Under the pieces are notes generated by a model. It did no database searches. It was not told the origin of the DNA and saw only the letters and a list, made by a program, of their open reading frames with translations. From an uncultured Bacteroidia bacterium (GTDB taxonomy: Bacteria; Bacteroidota; Bacteroidia; J057; CALDDN01), in assembly GCA_937936615.1 (NCBI GenBank), contig CALDDN010000003.1, positions 2,520 to 66,519 on the forward strand: 64,000 nt of DNA, in the 5' to 3' direction. Numbering within the stretch: position 1 is the first letter of the stretch; each line of letters opens with the position of its first letter. Below are positions 44,217 through 54,469 of the stretch, piece by piece. Both the position numbers and the translations under genes were made by a program.

Positions 44217-47200
44217 ATGCCCCCAGCTGGCCCCCCGCCCTTCGTCCGTCTTGGCTTCTTCTGGAAGCCCCTGAGTCGCTCGTCGCAGCTGATGCTCGGC
44301 CTGCTGCTGGCCGCAACGGCCATTGGAGCCGGACTCCTGGTTTGGGCCAGTGAATACCCCTTCGACAGCCATACCCGCTGGAATCTGGTTGCCGACGATG
44401 TGCCCTCGGAGGTGGTCGTGGCCACGGTAGAATCAAACTACCGGCCTCTCAATCTGACGGCCCAAGCTTACCTTCCCTTTTTGCAGCCGACCCCATCGCC
44501 GATCTCGACGGGGGATGGCTGGGTGGGATTGGTGGCTCTGCTTTCGATACTGGGTTGGGCGGCTCTGCTGGCTGCTTTTACCCGTGTCGAGGGCTTTTGG
44601 GGCTACCTCATTCTGTTTCTGTTTTCGAGCTACCTCTATTTAGGCCGTTTTGCCAAGGTTCTGACCGGTAACCCTGATCTGCTGCTGGCAGGTTCTGCTG
44701 GTTTGATTGTCCTGTTTTTGGTTCTGGCCTACTTGATCCAGTTGCGGTTGGTACGCCTGTCGGTTGCGGGGGCTTTTGCTTTGTTTGCGGGCTTGCTGGG
44801 CGTGCTTCACGGGCTGGCGTGGCAGATCGGTGGCTCAGCGGGTCTGTTCGAGGTAGTCTGGGCACCGGTGGTCGTGCTCTTCGTGATCGGCGTGCTGGCC
44901 TTGTTGCTCGTAGCCAAAGACTTGTCTGCTATTGCACTCTACGCCGCCACCAACGCCCGCAAGCCTGAGCACCGGCTTGGGTATGGAGGAACACTGGCTG
45001 TTTTGGGCGCGGTCGTTCTGCTTGGCGGCCTGTGTCTGGCTCAGGCCTACGAATTGGTTCCACGCCAGGACTTGGTTATCCGTCCGGCCTGGCTGGTGGC
45101 TCCTGCGTTGTTGCTAACTCTTTTTACGACGCAGAATGCTTATTTCCAGGTTAGCGACCTGATACCTGCACCTGTGGCCTACGGGGCCCTCCTGCAGGGC
45201 ATGGCCTTGCTGCTGCTGACTCTGCTGCTGGGAAGCCTGTTTTTTGCCGATCACAGCCTGGCCTATCAGCTTGACCGGCTGGTTGCTGGTGCATTCTTCG
45301 GTGTCTCGCTGGCTTACTGGATCTATGTGGCGGCCAATTTCAAATCGCGGCTGCGGGCCCGGCTCAACGTGTACTATATCCTGATGTTTGCCCGCGTATT
45401 TCGTTTCGAGGTCATCTGGATGATCGCCCTGTCGCTGCTGCTGCTGCTCGAGGGGGCCTATTCCTGGCGAAGCTACTACGCCTTGATGTGCAGCATCAAG
45501 AATACGTTTGCCGATGCCGAGTACCTGGCCGATGCGCCCGATCAGGCCCTGCTCTGGTACGAGCAGGCAGCTGGCTTCATGCCCCACGATATCAAAGCCA
45601 ACTACAACGCTGCCCAGCTTTTTCTGACGACCGGCAGCTACGTGAATGATCCGAGCCAGGTGCCCCGCCTCATCAAACTTCTGGAAGCCAGCGATCACCG
45701 CGGCCAGTTTCCCCAAGGGGCGGCGGCTCTGGCTCTTTTTCTGCAGATCAGCCGCCAGCCCGAGGAGGCCCTCGAACGCCTGCGGCTGCGCCCGCCGGGC
45801 GTTCAGCACCCCCAGCTTGATGCGCTGCGGGCGGCTCTGTTCTTTCAGACCAACCAGCCCGATTCAGCCATCTATTATTTCAAGCAAAGCCTCGAGCAGA
45901 AACCCGGGCAGGCCCATCTGTTTCTCAATCTGGGCCATCTGTATCTGGCTTACCAACGACCGGAACTGGCCCGTACTTACCTCAATGCGGCTGCCCGCCT
46001 CTCTCCCGATGATCCCTACGTGCGGCAGGCCCGCATTTTCGTTGAACTGGAACGACCCTCGGGAGCCATTCAGGCTCATGAGGTTGCGGTTTCGACCCAT
46101 GTGCAGCACTATGCCGCTAATTACAACCTGGCTTGGCTGGCCTTTCAGCAGGGGCGTTACGAGCTGGCCGATACCCTGGCCGGTGCACTCTTGCAGCAGG
46201 CCCAGCGGCCGGAGGTTTTTCTGCTGCGCCTCACCGCGCAGGCCTTCATGGACTCGATCGGCAACGCGCTGAGCCGCTACTACTGGCTGGGCGAAAATCA
46301 CCCCGATTACAGAGCCTCGGCCGCCCACAACCTGGCCCTCTACTACCACAGCAAAGGACTGTCCGAAGTGGCGGAGTATCTCTTTGGGGAAGCGGTAGCG
46401 GCCGGGTGGGAAACCCAGCGCATTGAGCAGGCCCTGATGTGGGCCGACCTGGGCCAGCACGATCGGGCCTATCGCCAGCTGGCAGTCTGCCGGGCCGACT
46501 TCCCGGCTTTCGATGAGCCGATTCGTCGCGAAATGGCCCTGCTTGATTTTGCCCACGGCACCGAGCTTCGCTTTTTGCCGTGGGACTTTAAGGGCATCAC
46601 CTACCATGAGGCGATGCGCGGCGGCATCTATGGCCGTCAGGCCAACAACAACCTCGAACCGGCGTTGCGCTTCTATCAGCCGCTGGTCGATCAGGATTCC
46701 AGTCTGACGGCTCCCTATCTCGAAATTGGACGTATCTATAACAATTTGGGAGAATACGAGACGGGGAATTTGCAGTTTTTGTTTGGATTGGAGCGCGATC
46801 CTAAGGATATACCGCTGCGTGCCGAGCTGGCCCGTGGCTACTACAGCAGCCAGCAGACCGAGCGTGGCGACAGCCTGCTGGCCCTGCTGGCTGGCGAGCA
46901 GGGCCAACACCCCGAGGTGTTGCGCCTGCAGGGCTTTGCCGCTGAAATGAAGGGCCAGCCTGAACGTGCCCTGACGTTTTACGAGCAGCTGGCTGCCAGT
47001 CAGCCTTTCGATCGGTCGGCCTACCTGGCGGCGGCTCCACTCTACGAACGACTGCGGCGCACCGAGGATGGCCTGCGTCTGCTGGGGCAGGCTCTGCGTT
47101 TCAACAAACGCAACCCCGAATTGTGGTATTGGTATGCCCGTTTTGCGGGGCCATTCGGTCTCGAGGACGATGCCCGCGGGGCTTTCGCGCAGGCTGTCGA

Positions 47201-47264
47201 GCTGGCAGCTACCGAAGCCGATCGCCAACGCTACCGGCGTGGCCAGCTGGAGCTGGGTTTCTGA
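44217..47264 (+). CDS. polytopic membrane protein (about 10 TM) fused to a long TPR-repeat domain
   Basis: The N-terminal roughly 400 aa are hydrophobic helices. The C-terminal roughly 600 aa have repeated A..Y/L..A........A...(F/Y)..AL...P TPR-like units (e.g. AIYYFKQSLEQKPGQAHLFLNLGHLYLAYQRPELARTYLNAAARLSPDDP). Confidence 0.7.
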   Translation: MPPAGPPPFVRLGFFWKPLSRSSQLMLGLLLAATAIGAGLLVWASEYPFDSHTRWNLVADDVPSEVVVATVESNYRPLNLTAQAYLPFLQPTPSPISTGDGWVGLVALLSILGWAALLAAFTRVEGFWGYLILFLFSSYLYLGRFAKVLTGNPDLLLAGSAGLIVLFLVLAYLIQLRLVRLSVAGAFALFAGLLGVLHGLAWQIGGSAGLFEVVWAPVVVLFVIGVLALLLVAKDLSAIALYAATNARKPEHRLGYGGTLAVLGAVVLLGGLCLAQAYELVPRQDLVIRPAWLVAPALLLTLFTTQNAYFQVSDLIPAPVAYGALLQGMALLLLTLLLGSLFFADHSLAYQLDRLVAGAFFGVSLAYWIYVAANFKSRLRARLNVYYILMFARVFRFEVIWMIALSLLLLLEGAYSWRSYYALMCSIKNTFADAEYLADAPDQALLWYEQAAGFMPHDIKANYNAAQLFLTTGSYVNDPSQVPRLIKLLEASDHRGQFPQGAAALALFLQISRQPEEALERLRLRPPGVQHPQLDALRAALFFQTNQPDSAIYYFKQSLEQKPGQAHLFLNLGHLYLAYQRPELARTYLNAAARLSPDDPYVRQARIFVELERPSGAIQAHEVAVSTHVQHYAANYNLAWLAFQQGRYELADTLAGALLQQAQRPEVFLLRLTAQAFMDSIGNALSRYYWLGENHPDYRASAAHNLALYYHSKGLSEVAEYLFGEAVAAGWETQRIEQALMWADLGQHDRAYRQLAVCRADFPAFDEPIRREMALLDFAHGTELRFLPWDFKGITYHEAMRGGIYGRQANNNLEPALRFYQPLVDQDSSLTAPYLEIGRIYNNLGEYETGNLQFLFGLERDPKDIPLRAELARGYYSSQQTERGDSLLALLAGEQGQHPEVLRLQGFAAEMKGQPERALTFYEQLAASQPFDRSAYLAAAPLYERLRRTEDGLRLLGQALRFNKRNPELWYWYARFAGPFGLEDDARGAFAQAVELAATEADRQRYRRGQLELGF

Positions 47265-47267
47265 GCC

Positions 47268-47687
47268 TCAGGCGTGGTTTTTGATCCATTCTACCGCCAG
47301 GAAATACGACCACTTGCCGAAGCCAGCGATTACACCGTCGCAGGCCGCACTGATGACCGACTGGTGGCGGAAGGCTTCGCGCTTGAACACGTTGCTCAAA
47401 TGCACCTCGACGGTGGGAATGGTAACAAAACGCAGGGCGTCGTAGAGCGCGTAGCTGTAATGCGAAAGGGCTCCGGCGTTGATGACCACCCCGTCGTAAA
47501 TGATGAACCGGTGCAGTTTGTCGATCAGTTCGCCCTCGTGGTTCGATTGGAAAAGCTCGAAGCTGTAGCCCGGAAAGTATTTTTGCAGTTCGACCAAAAT
47601 TTGCTCGAAGCTTTCCAGCCCATAGACATCCACTTCACGCTGTCCTGTGAAATTGAGGTTCGGGCCATTGAGGATCAGGATGTTCAC
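47268..47687 (-). CDS. aroQ: type II 3-dehydroquinate dehydratase
   Basis: The GTG start gives VNILILNGPNLNFTGQREVDVYG...SNHEGELID...VINAGALSHYSYAL.DAL...EVHLSNVFKREAFR. The 425-aa track ORF is an antisense read-through over xerD. Confidence 0.9.
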   Translation of the reverse strand: MNILILNGPNLNFTGQREVDVYGLESFEQILVELQKYFPGYSFELFQSNHEGELIDKLHRFIIYDGVVINAGALSHYSYALYDALRFVTIPTVEVHLSNVFKREAFRHQSVISAACDGVIAGFGKWSYFLAVEWIKNHA

Positions 47688-47732
47688 GCGCAGAAAGATT
47701 TCGATGTATACAGATTGTGAATTACGTAAAAA

Positions 47733-48653
47733 ATGACGTGGTCGGAATCCATCGATTGGTTCATCGCTCAGGCCCGTGTGGAAATGGGCTACAGTGCCCA
47801 CACCCTCGAGGCCTACGCCCATGAACTGGCACGATACGTCAAATTTCTGAGTGAGCGATTCGGCTTGACGCACGTGGGCCAGGTCGAAGTCAACCACCTG
47901 CACAGCTTCATGATCGAACTGATCGAAGTTCATCGGCTGGGCGAGTTCAGCCAGGCCCGTGCCCTCTCGGCTTTGCGCACCTACCACCGTTACGCCCTGC
48001 GCGAGGAATGGACTGCCGAGAACCCGGCTGCGCTGCTCGACCTGCCCCGTCTGCACCGCAAATTGCCCACCATTCTCAGTGTCGAGGAGGTCGAGAAGCT
48101 GCTGGCCGCCTGCTCCGACGATGGCCCTCTGGGCCTCCGTAACCGCGCCATTGTTGAAGTGCTCTACGCGGCGGGTCTGCGGGTATCGGAGCTGGTCAAC
48201 CTGCAGACCGGCCAGCTGGCTCTGGATGAGGGCTGGGTTCGGGTGCTGGGCAAAGGCCGACGCGAGCGTTTCGGGTTGTTGGGGCAGCCCGCCATCGATG
48301 CGCTGCGGCTTTATCTGGCCGAAGGCCGCCCGCAGCTCGTTTCCGGCCAGCCTGTTCCCTGGATTTTCCTCAATCGTTACGGCCGGCAGCTGAGCCGGCA
48401 GGCGGTGTTTCTGCTCATTCAGCAGAAGGCCCGCGAAGCCGGCATTACCAAGGTCGTCGGTCCGCACACCCTGCGCCATTGCTTCGCTACCCACCTCATC
48501 GAAAACGGGGCCGACCTGGTGGCGGTACGCGACTTGCTGGGCCATGCCTCGATTTCAACCACCGAAATCTATGTCCACACCGATGCCCGTCGTCTGCGTG
48601 AGGTTGTGGACCGCTACCATCCCCTCTCGCACTCGGAATATCCCCGTGGATAG
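47733..48653 (+). CDS. xerD: site-specific tyrosine recombinase XerD
   Basis: N-terminal SAM-like domain (YSAHTLEAYAHELARYVKFL). Catalytic region RNRAIVEVLYAAGLRVSELVNL...HTLRHCFATHLIENGADLVAVRDLLGHASISTTEIYVH. Divergent from aroQ, with no flanking repeats. Confidence 0.85.
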   Translation: MTWSESIDWFIAQARVEMGYSAHTLEAYAHELARYVKFLSERFGLTHVGQVEVNHLHSFMIELIEVHRLGEFSQARALSALRTYHRYALREEWTAENPAALLDLPRLHRKLPTILSVEEVEKLLAACSDDGPLGLRNRAIVEVLYAAGLRVSELVNLQTGQLALDEGWVRVLGKGRRERFGLLGQPAIDALRLYLAEGRPQLVSGQPVPWIFLNRYGRQLSRQAVFLLIQQKAREAGITKVVGPHTLRHCFATHLIENGADLVAVRDLLGHASISTTEIYVHTDARRLREVVDRYHPLSHSEYPRG

Positions 48654-48704
48654 GCGGTGTGTAAATTTTAGATTGTGCAAACCGGCCAGCGGCTTCGAAA
48701 AGCT

Positions 48705-48712
48705 TAATTTTG
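48705..48712 (+). promoter_or_regulatory. candidate -7 box TAATTTTG upstream of the PAS mega-sensor gene
   Basis: Matches TAnnTTTG, 58 nt upstream of the ATG at 48770. No well-spaced TTG -33 element was seen. Confidence 0.3.
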
Positions 48713-48769
48713 AGAGTTTGGCACCGGCTAAGCTGGAGCCCCAGGCCTAACCGCACAATTCTAACACCT

Positions 48770-51700
48770 ATGTCAGCACCCGGACGGACGCCCGCCACCG
48801 CCCCACCTGCCCCGCCCCGCATCGATTGGCCACACGGGGCACCCGGTGCCTGGCCCCAGTTGCTGCTCCTGGGCTTGGCTTTGGTCTTGGTGGGTATTGG
48901 GGGCTGGCTTCTGATTCAGAATCCGATGGCGCAACAGCCGCTGAACCAGGTGCGGCAGCAGCTTCACGCTACGCAGCAGCTTCAGAACCATTTCGTCGAA
49001 CTTCGCAAGCAGCTGCTCAATCTGGAGCAGGCCCAGCTCGAGGCCATCGGCGACGCGCTATACCGTCAAACCATCCGCTGCTTCACGGCCATTGACCAGC
49101 CTGCCGACAGCGTAGCTGCCTGGGCACAGCTCGTAGCCGGTTCGAAAGAAAATCAGAGCGACTGGAGTCAAACCCTCAACCGGTTCTATACCAGCAGCCA
49201 GCGTTACCTGCAGTTAATCTATCAGGTCGCCACTCAGGACACGGTCCAGACACTGGTTTTTAAAAAAGCGGCGTTCAGGCCTGAAACGCCGCCACCTACT
49301 CTCGAAGCCGCCCGGCTGGCCACCTACGAGTCGCTGATTCAACTGGACAGCTTGGTGGCTGCGGCACATTCGCAACTGGCGCGACAGGCCAGTTCCCCTC
49401 CGAAAGGCGATCCCATACGCTGGGCTTACCTCGTTTTGGGGCTTGCCACCCTGCTAGTCGTCCTGCTCTTGATTTTACCCGCCCGCCAGCACCGCCAGGC
49501 TGTTGCCCGGCTCATGAGGCTGCTTACCCGGTTGCGGGTGGCTGCCCGTCTTGACAACACCGCCGCCACTTCCGTTTCGCTCGACCGGGGGCAGCTGGCG
49601 TTTCAGAAGGCCATAGAGGTGATCGAAGAAGACCTGAGCAGCCTGCAGAACCACCTGGCCGCGCTTTCGCTGGGGCAACCCCTCAAAGTCTCACTGGGTT
49701 TGAACCAGCGCCGACCGGAGTTCGACGGCCTTCTGGGCCAGCTGAGCCATCGGCTGCAAGCTGCTGGCGATACCCTGATCGAATGGCGGGCCTTGCTCGA
49801 ATGTGTCGACGCCCTGCAGCTGCCGCCCGAGGCATCGACTGCCGACTTGGGCCATGCCTGGTGCAGGGCTTTGCTGGGCTATCTCAACGCGACAGAAGCA
49901 TTGTTCATCACGCGTCAGGGCTCCGGCCCGCGCGTTTCGATGGAGCTAGTGGCCCGAGCGGGCGATGTTTTTTTTCGCTCTGACCTCTGTCAGCATCCGC
50001 AGGCCAAGGCTTGGATCGAAAATCAGCTGCGCCGAACAGATTTCCACCATGAAGCGGCTTCCAGCCTTGCGGCACCTCTTTTTGTGTCGTCTGCCATTCA
50101 GCTCAAAGAACTGAATGTGATTGCCTGGCCTCTCGAAACCCAACCCGATCGCGTATCCCTGCTGCTGCTGCTGATTCCGGACAGCCACCTGGAACGCTAC
50201 CGGACATCCAACCGCATGCTCCTGCAGTTGATGCGTGCTCAAGTGGCTCTGAGAACATCTGCCAGCCAGCTCGATGAGCTACTTCCACGCTTGCAAGCCA
50301 GTGAGCGTCGCCTGACCGAGGAGCAGGACCGTGCCTGTCGACTCGAACACAACGTAACGCGCCTCACGAAGCTGGTCGACGAACTGCAAGGCCAGCAGGC
50401 ATTGATCGAGGGGTTCTGGAACGCGGCCATGCCCGCCTTGGTGCTGGATGCCGATCATGTAATTGTGTCGGCCAATGAGCTGGCCTGCCGCCTGCTGGGC
50501 TCTCGTTCTGAACTTTTGTATGGCCGACCACTGGCTGAGCTGGCCGAGCTGTCTGCCGGTTTGAACTGGCCCGCTGCGGGCAGCCCCATCGACCGGTGGT
50601 CGGGCGAGGTCTACTGGAAAAAATCCGAATCCGAACGCCTGCTCATCGGCTTGCACTGGGTACCTGAACCTGCCGCCGCCGGACGCCCCCCCAGCTATCG
50701 GGTCTTTTTAACCGACCGCTCCGATGTGGAATACCTGGCCGGTGAACTGCGGCTTCTCATGGAGAAGCTCTCGGACAAGGAGCAGGAGGCCTACAACCTG
50801 CAACTGCTGCTCGAGTCGGCACAAAGTAACGTCAGCCATCTGCGCAACGCTCTCGACAACCTGACCCAGGCCCTCAATGACTCGGCTATCGTAGCCGAAA
50901 CCGACACCTTGGGCCGGATTATTTCCGTCAACGAGCAGTTCTTGCAATCCTGCCGTTACAGTCGTGAGGAGATCATAGGTCAGAATCACCGCATCCTCAA
51001 ATCGGGCCATCAGCCCGACGATCTGTACGAGCAGCTCTGGCGAACCATTACCAGCGGCCAGACCTGGAAAGGGGAATTGAAAAACCGCCGCAAAAACGGC
51101 AGTTACTATTGGATATCGACCACCATTACGCCCATTCGCGAAGAAGACGGTCAGTTCAAACGATTTATCGCGGTAAGCTTCGACATTACGCGGCGCAAGC
51201 TGCAGGAAGACCAGCTCATGGCGGCTATCGAGCTTTCGCACACGCAGGAGCAGGAGATGATGCAGAACGTCGAGGACCTTCGCGAGCTTCAGGCTATGCT
51301 GCGTCAGACCCAGCTCGACCTGCGCGGTCGTACCGAGGCCATCCGCAATGCCGCTCTGGTCAGCGAAACCGATCTGCGTGGAAACATCCAGCATGCCAAC
51401 GAGGCTTTCCTTCAGGCTGCCGGTTACGGCATGGCCGATTTGGCCAACAAAAACCACCGGATTCTCAAATCGGGCGTGCACGAAGCGGCTTTCTATCACC
51501 GCATGTGGAAAACGATATCCAGCGGCGAGGTCTGGCGCGACCTGATCTGCAACAAGTCGGCCGATGGTCGGCTCTACTGGGTTAATCTGTGCATTACGCC
51601 GGTACTCAATTTCGATAATCAGCCTATAAAATACATTGGCATCGGATTCGAGGTTACGCACCTCGTGAAACTGGAGACCGAGCTTGGCCAGCTCAGGGAT

Positions 51701-54388
51701 GAGCAGACCCGGTTGCTCGAACAGCTCGACAAACAGGAACGCAAGCTGCTGGCAGCCACTTACGAGCTGACCGGACGTACCCAAGCCCTGCAGGCGGCAG
51801 CGGTGGTGGCCGAAATCGATCCCAACGGCACCATTACCCACGCCAACGACCGCCTCCTGATTCTGGCCCGCGAATCCTACGACGATCTCTGTGGCAAGCC
51901 TTTCGCCCATTACTTTCACAGCCCCGAGCTGAATCTGGAAGAACCCGCTTTCTGGCAGCAGCTGGCTGAACAGGGCCGCTGGACAGGTGAGCTGATTCTG
52001 ACGGTCTACGAATCGACCCCTCTGTGGGTGCTGGTGCACCTGCACGCCGTACCCGGCGAGTTGGGCCAGCTGCGTTACTATCTCTGCCTTATCAACGACA
52101 TTACCCTGCTCAAAAAGCAGGAAGCCGAGCTGGCCCGTCTTCAAATGGCGGTAAATCAGCTGCGTCAGGAACTGGAGGCCGAGCGGCAGCACCAGCCCGA
52201 GTTACCTGACGTGTTTCCGGCAGCCCTTTTTCGTCGTTCGCTTTCCGATACCCAGCCTTTTATCTGGGTAGGGGCGCACATTCACGCCCTGACGGGGCGT
52301 GATGCCGCGCAGTGGCTCAGCCCTGCCTGCCCTTGGCCGGCTCTGCTGCATCCCGACGACCGTTCGCATGTCCTGCTGGCACTGGAAGCTGCCCGCCTCG
52401 AACGGCGCGGGTATCTCGTAACCTTTCGCTGGCTCGATGCCCGGGGGCAGTGGCGTTTCATTCGCGAGGAAGGGAAGCCCGGCTACGACGATCAGGGCCG
52501 TCTGACGCATTTCGATGGCCTGTGGATTGACATCAGCCGTGAAATCCAAGCTCTGAACGAACTGCGCCAGCAGCTGGAAGCCACCGAACGCCAGGCTCAT
52601 GATCGAATCCGGGCATCGGAAGAGCTGGAAAAAGAGCTGCAACTGCTCGAAGCCCGCGCCCGAGCTTTGCAGCTGGCAGCCCTGGTTATCGAGACGGACA
52701 CGGCGGGACGGGTGCTGCAAATCAATGACGAGGCCCAAACCCGCCTCGGCCGGTCTCGAACCGAGCTGACCAATCAGCTGCCAGCTTCGTGGCTGGCACC
52801 CGAACACAGCCCCGCTTTCGTTGCCGATTTGATCCGGCAGGCCGCTTCGGGCAGCATCTGGCGGGGGCAGCTCAAGCTGCAATCACGTAGCCATGGCGGC
52901 GGCTTCTGGTGTCGGGCCGTCGTGGCCGCCATTCAGCCGCTCAGGGGCGAAGGCGTCCGCCTGCTCTGGATGCTGCACGACAGCCAGCGTGAACTGGAGC
53001 AGGAGCGGGCTTTGCGTCAGCTCTATCAGATTTCTCAGGAACGCGAGCGTGAGTTCGGTACCGCCGCGCTGGAAATGGAGAAAATCCAGCAGCTCATTCT
53101 TGAGAACCAGCTCCTGCTCTCGAGCCGTGTCGAAGCCCTCAACCATTCGGCTCTGGTATCTGAAACCGATACACAGGGTCGCATTACTTACGTCAACGAT
53201 CAGGCCCTGCGTGTCTGGGGCTATTCCCGCGAGGAAGCCCTAGGCCGCCGCCACAATCTTATCTCGTCCGATCACCACAGCCGCTCATTTTTTGCGCAGC
53301 TCTGGTCGACCATCACCGCTGGCCACGTCTGGCGCGGCCAAATTTTGAACCGCAACAAGCAGGGCGACTATTTCTGGGTTCAGCTGACCATTACGCCCGT
53401 ACTCGACGGTCAAGCCGTGCCTACCCGCTATATCGGTGTGGCTTTCGATGTTACGGAGCGGGTTCGCCAGAGCACCAAGGCCAGCCGCCTGCCCGAGGCC
53501 AGCCGCTCGGGCACTCTCGGAGCCCGTATGCATCAGGTGCTGCGCCACATCGGGGGAGCCGACCCCGAGGCACCCCGTCCTGCATTCGACCAGCTGCCCT
53601 TCCCCGCGGCCGAACTCGACGAACGCTGGCGGTTCCGGCGGGCGAACGCAGCCTTTCAGGAGCGGCTCGGCTGGCAGGCTGCCGAGCTGGCAGGGGAGTC
53701 TATCGTACTGATTCTGCAGGCCGAGCAGAGTTCGGGGGCCAGCCTCGACCAGCTGACCCAGGTGCTCACCGAGCATCGTTTTGCCTATGCCGAATTACAG
53801 TACATCGACCGCCAGCGTGCGGGCAAGCGGTTTGCTACGGCCTTCGCTCTGCAGCAGCAGCCCGAAGGGCCGGCCATCTGGATGCTGCTCTTCGATCTGG
53901 AAAAGCAGCTGCAGGTAGGCAGCCGGAGCGAGAGCGGTCCGAGCATCAGCGAGCGCATGATCGAACGGCTGACGGCTCATACGCTGTATTTCGAAATGGA
54001 TCTGGACGGCAATTTTGCTTTTGTTCATGAACGGATGCTTGCCCTGCTGGGACGGAGCAGCGACCAGGTGCTGGGTAAACCTTTTCCCGTGATTTCCAGC
54101 CGTCGGACGCCGGTAGCTTTATTCGAGGGGCTGATCCATACCCTCAATGAAGGCAAGACCTGGTATGGCTCGCTCGAGTGGGTCGATGCCCGCGGGGTGC
54201 TTATTCGCGTGATTGGCGCGGTTGCGCCTATTCTGGGAGCCGGTCGGGTAGTCGAACGCATTGTGGGTCTCTTCGTTGAGTATGACCGCTTCGATATCCG
54301 CGCTCTGGAATTGGACGAATCTGAAACTCAGGCTCCCGCTCAGCTTCAGACCGAGCGTCGGCCGGCCAAAGAACGCGACCAGGCGTAA
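48770..54388 (+). CDS. membrane-anchored multi-PAS sensor protein (2 TM, HAMP-like, GAF-like, about 9 PAS/PAC) without recognisable output domain
   Basis: ATG at 48770 (MSAPGRTPATAPP...). TM1 is WPQLLLLGLALVLVGIGGWLLIQ and TM2 is WAYLVLGLATLLVVLLLILPA. Near-canonical PAS modules include AIVAETDTLGRIISVNEQFLQSCRYSREEIIGQNHRILKSG...WKGELKNRRKNGSYYWISTTITPI. I could find no H-box, HATPase, GGDEF/EAL, REC or MCP hairpin motifs. Confidence 0.85.
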   Translation: MSAPGRTPATAPPAPPRIDWPHGAPGAWPQLLLLGLALVLVGIGGWLLIQNPMAQQPLNQVRQQLHATQQLQNHFVELRKQLLNLEQAQLEAIGDALYRQTIRCFTAIDQPADSVAAWAQLVAGSKENQSDWSQTLNRFYTSSQRYLQLIYQVATQDTVQTLVFKKAAFRPETPPPTLEAARLATYESLIQLDSLVAAAHSQLARQASSPPKGDPIRWAYLVLGLATLLVVLLLILPARQHRQAVARLMRLLTRLRVAARLDNTAATSVSLDRGQLAFQKAIEVIEEDLSSLQNHLAALSLGQPLKVSLGLNQRRPEFDGLLGQLSHRLQAAGDTLIEWRALLECVDALQLPPEASTADLGHAWCRALLGYLNATEALFITRQGSGPRVSMELVARAGDVFFRSDLCQHPQAKAWIENQLRRTDFHHEAASSLAAPLFVSSAIQLKELNVIAWPLETQPDRVSLLLLLIPDSHLERYRTSNRMLLQLMRAQVALRTSASQLDELLPRLQASERRLTEEQDRACRLEHNVTRLTKLVDELQGQQALIEGFWNAAMPALVLDADHVIVSANELACRLLGSRSELLYGRPLAELAELSAGLNWPAAGSPIDRWSGEVYWKKSESERLLIGLHWVPEPAAAGRPPSYRVFLTDRSDVEYLAGELRLLMEKLSDKEQEAYNLQLLLESAQSNVSHLRNALDNLTQALNDSAIVAETDTLGRIISVNEQFLQSCRYSREEIIGQNHRILKSGHQPDDLYEQLWRTITSGQTWKGELKNRRKNGSYYWISTTITPIREEDGQFKRFIAVSFDITRRKLQEDQLMAAIELSHTQEQEMMQNVEDLRELQAMLRQTQLDLRGRTEAIRNAALVSETDLRGNIQHANEAFLQAAGYGMADLANKNHRILKSGVHEAAFYHRMWKTISSGEVWRDLICNKSADGRLYWVNLCITPVLNFDNQPIKYIGIGFEVTHLVKLETELGQLRDEQTRLLEQLDKQERKLLAATYELTGRTQALQAAAVVAEIDPNGTITHANDRLLILARESYDDLCGKPFAHYFHSPELNLEEPAFWQQLAEQGRWTGELILTVYESTPLWVLVHLHAVPGELGQLRYYLCLINDITLLKKQEAELARLQMAVNQLRQELEAERQHQPELPDVFPAALFRRSLSDTQPFIWVGAHIHALTGRDAAQWLSPACPWPALLHPDDRSHVLLALEAARLERRGYLVTFRWLDARGQWRFIREEGKPGYDDQGRLTHFDGLWIDISREIQALNELRQQLEATERQAHDRIRASEELEKELQLLEARARALQLAALVIETDTAGRVLQINDEAQTRLGRSRTELTNQLPASWLAPEHSPAFVADLIRQAASGSIWRGQLKLQSRSHGGGFWCRAVVAAIQPLRGEGVRLLWMLHDSQRELEQERALRQLYQISQEREREFGTAALEMEKIQQLILENQLLLSSRVEALNHSALVSETDTQGRITYVNDQALRVWGYSREEALGRRHNLISSDHHSRSFFAQLWSTITAGHVWRGQILNRNKQGDYFWVQLTITPVLDGQAVPTRYIGVAFDVTERVRQSTKASRLPEASRSGTLGARMHQVLRHIGGADPEAPRPAFDQLPFPAAELDERWRFRRANAAFQERLGWQAAELAGESIVLILQAEQSSGASLDQLTQVLTEHRFAYAELQYIDRQRAGKRFATAFALQQQPEGPAIWMLLFDLEKQLQVGSRSESGPSISERMIERLTAHTLYFEMDLDGNFAFVHERMLALLGRSSDQVLGKPFPVISSRRTPVALFEGLIHTLNEGKTWYGSLEWVDARGVLIRVIGAVAPILGAGRVVERIVGLFVEYDRFDIRALELDESETQAPAQLQTERRPAKERDQA
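50420..54300 (+). repeat. array of about 9 PAS/PAC modules separated by coiled-coil linkers (protein-level tandem repeat)
   Basis: Three close copies begin AIVAETDTLGRI, ALVSETDLRGNI and ALVSETDTQGRI. Six diverged copies begin LVLDADHVIV, AVVAEIDPNGTI, FPAALFRRSL, ALVIETDTAGRV, FPAAELDERW and HTLYFEMDLDGN. Confidence 0.7.
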
Positions 54389-54469
54389 CCCCAAGGCTTC
54401 CATCGCGTATCTTAGCACGGGCATTGTCCCCTGTTGATACCCTTTCCCTGCTGGAGTCCCGCACGCATC

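Noticed and set aside
47688-48545. Upstream 286 aa of the 425-aa track ORF 47268-48545 (minus strand)
   Set aside because: It is antisense to the clearly recognisable xerD and shows no family resemblance. AroQ homology begins exactly at the GTG at 47687 (VNILILNGPNLN).
47733-48653. Tyrosine recombinase as a marker of an integrative or mobile element
   Set aside because: The sequence is a full-length XerD-type chromosome-dimer resolvase, divergently paired with aroQ. There are no flanking direct or inverted repeats, no tRNA target and no cargo genes.
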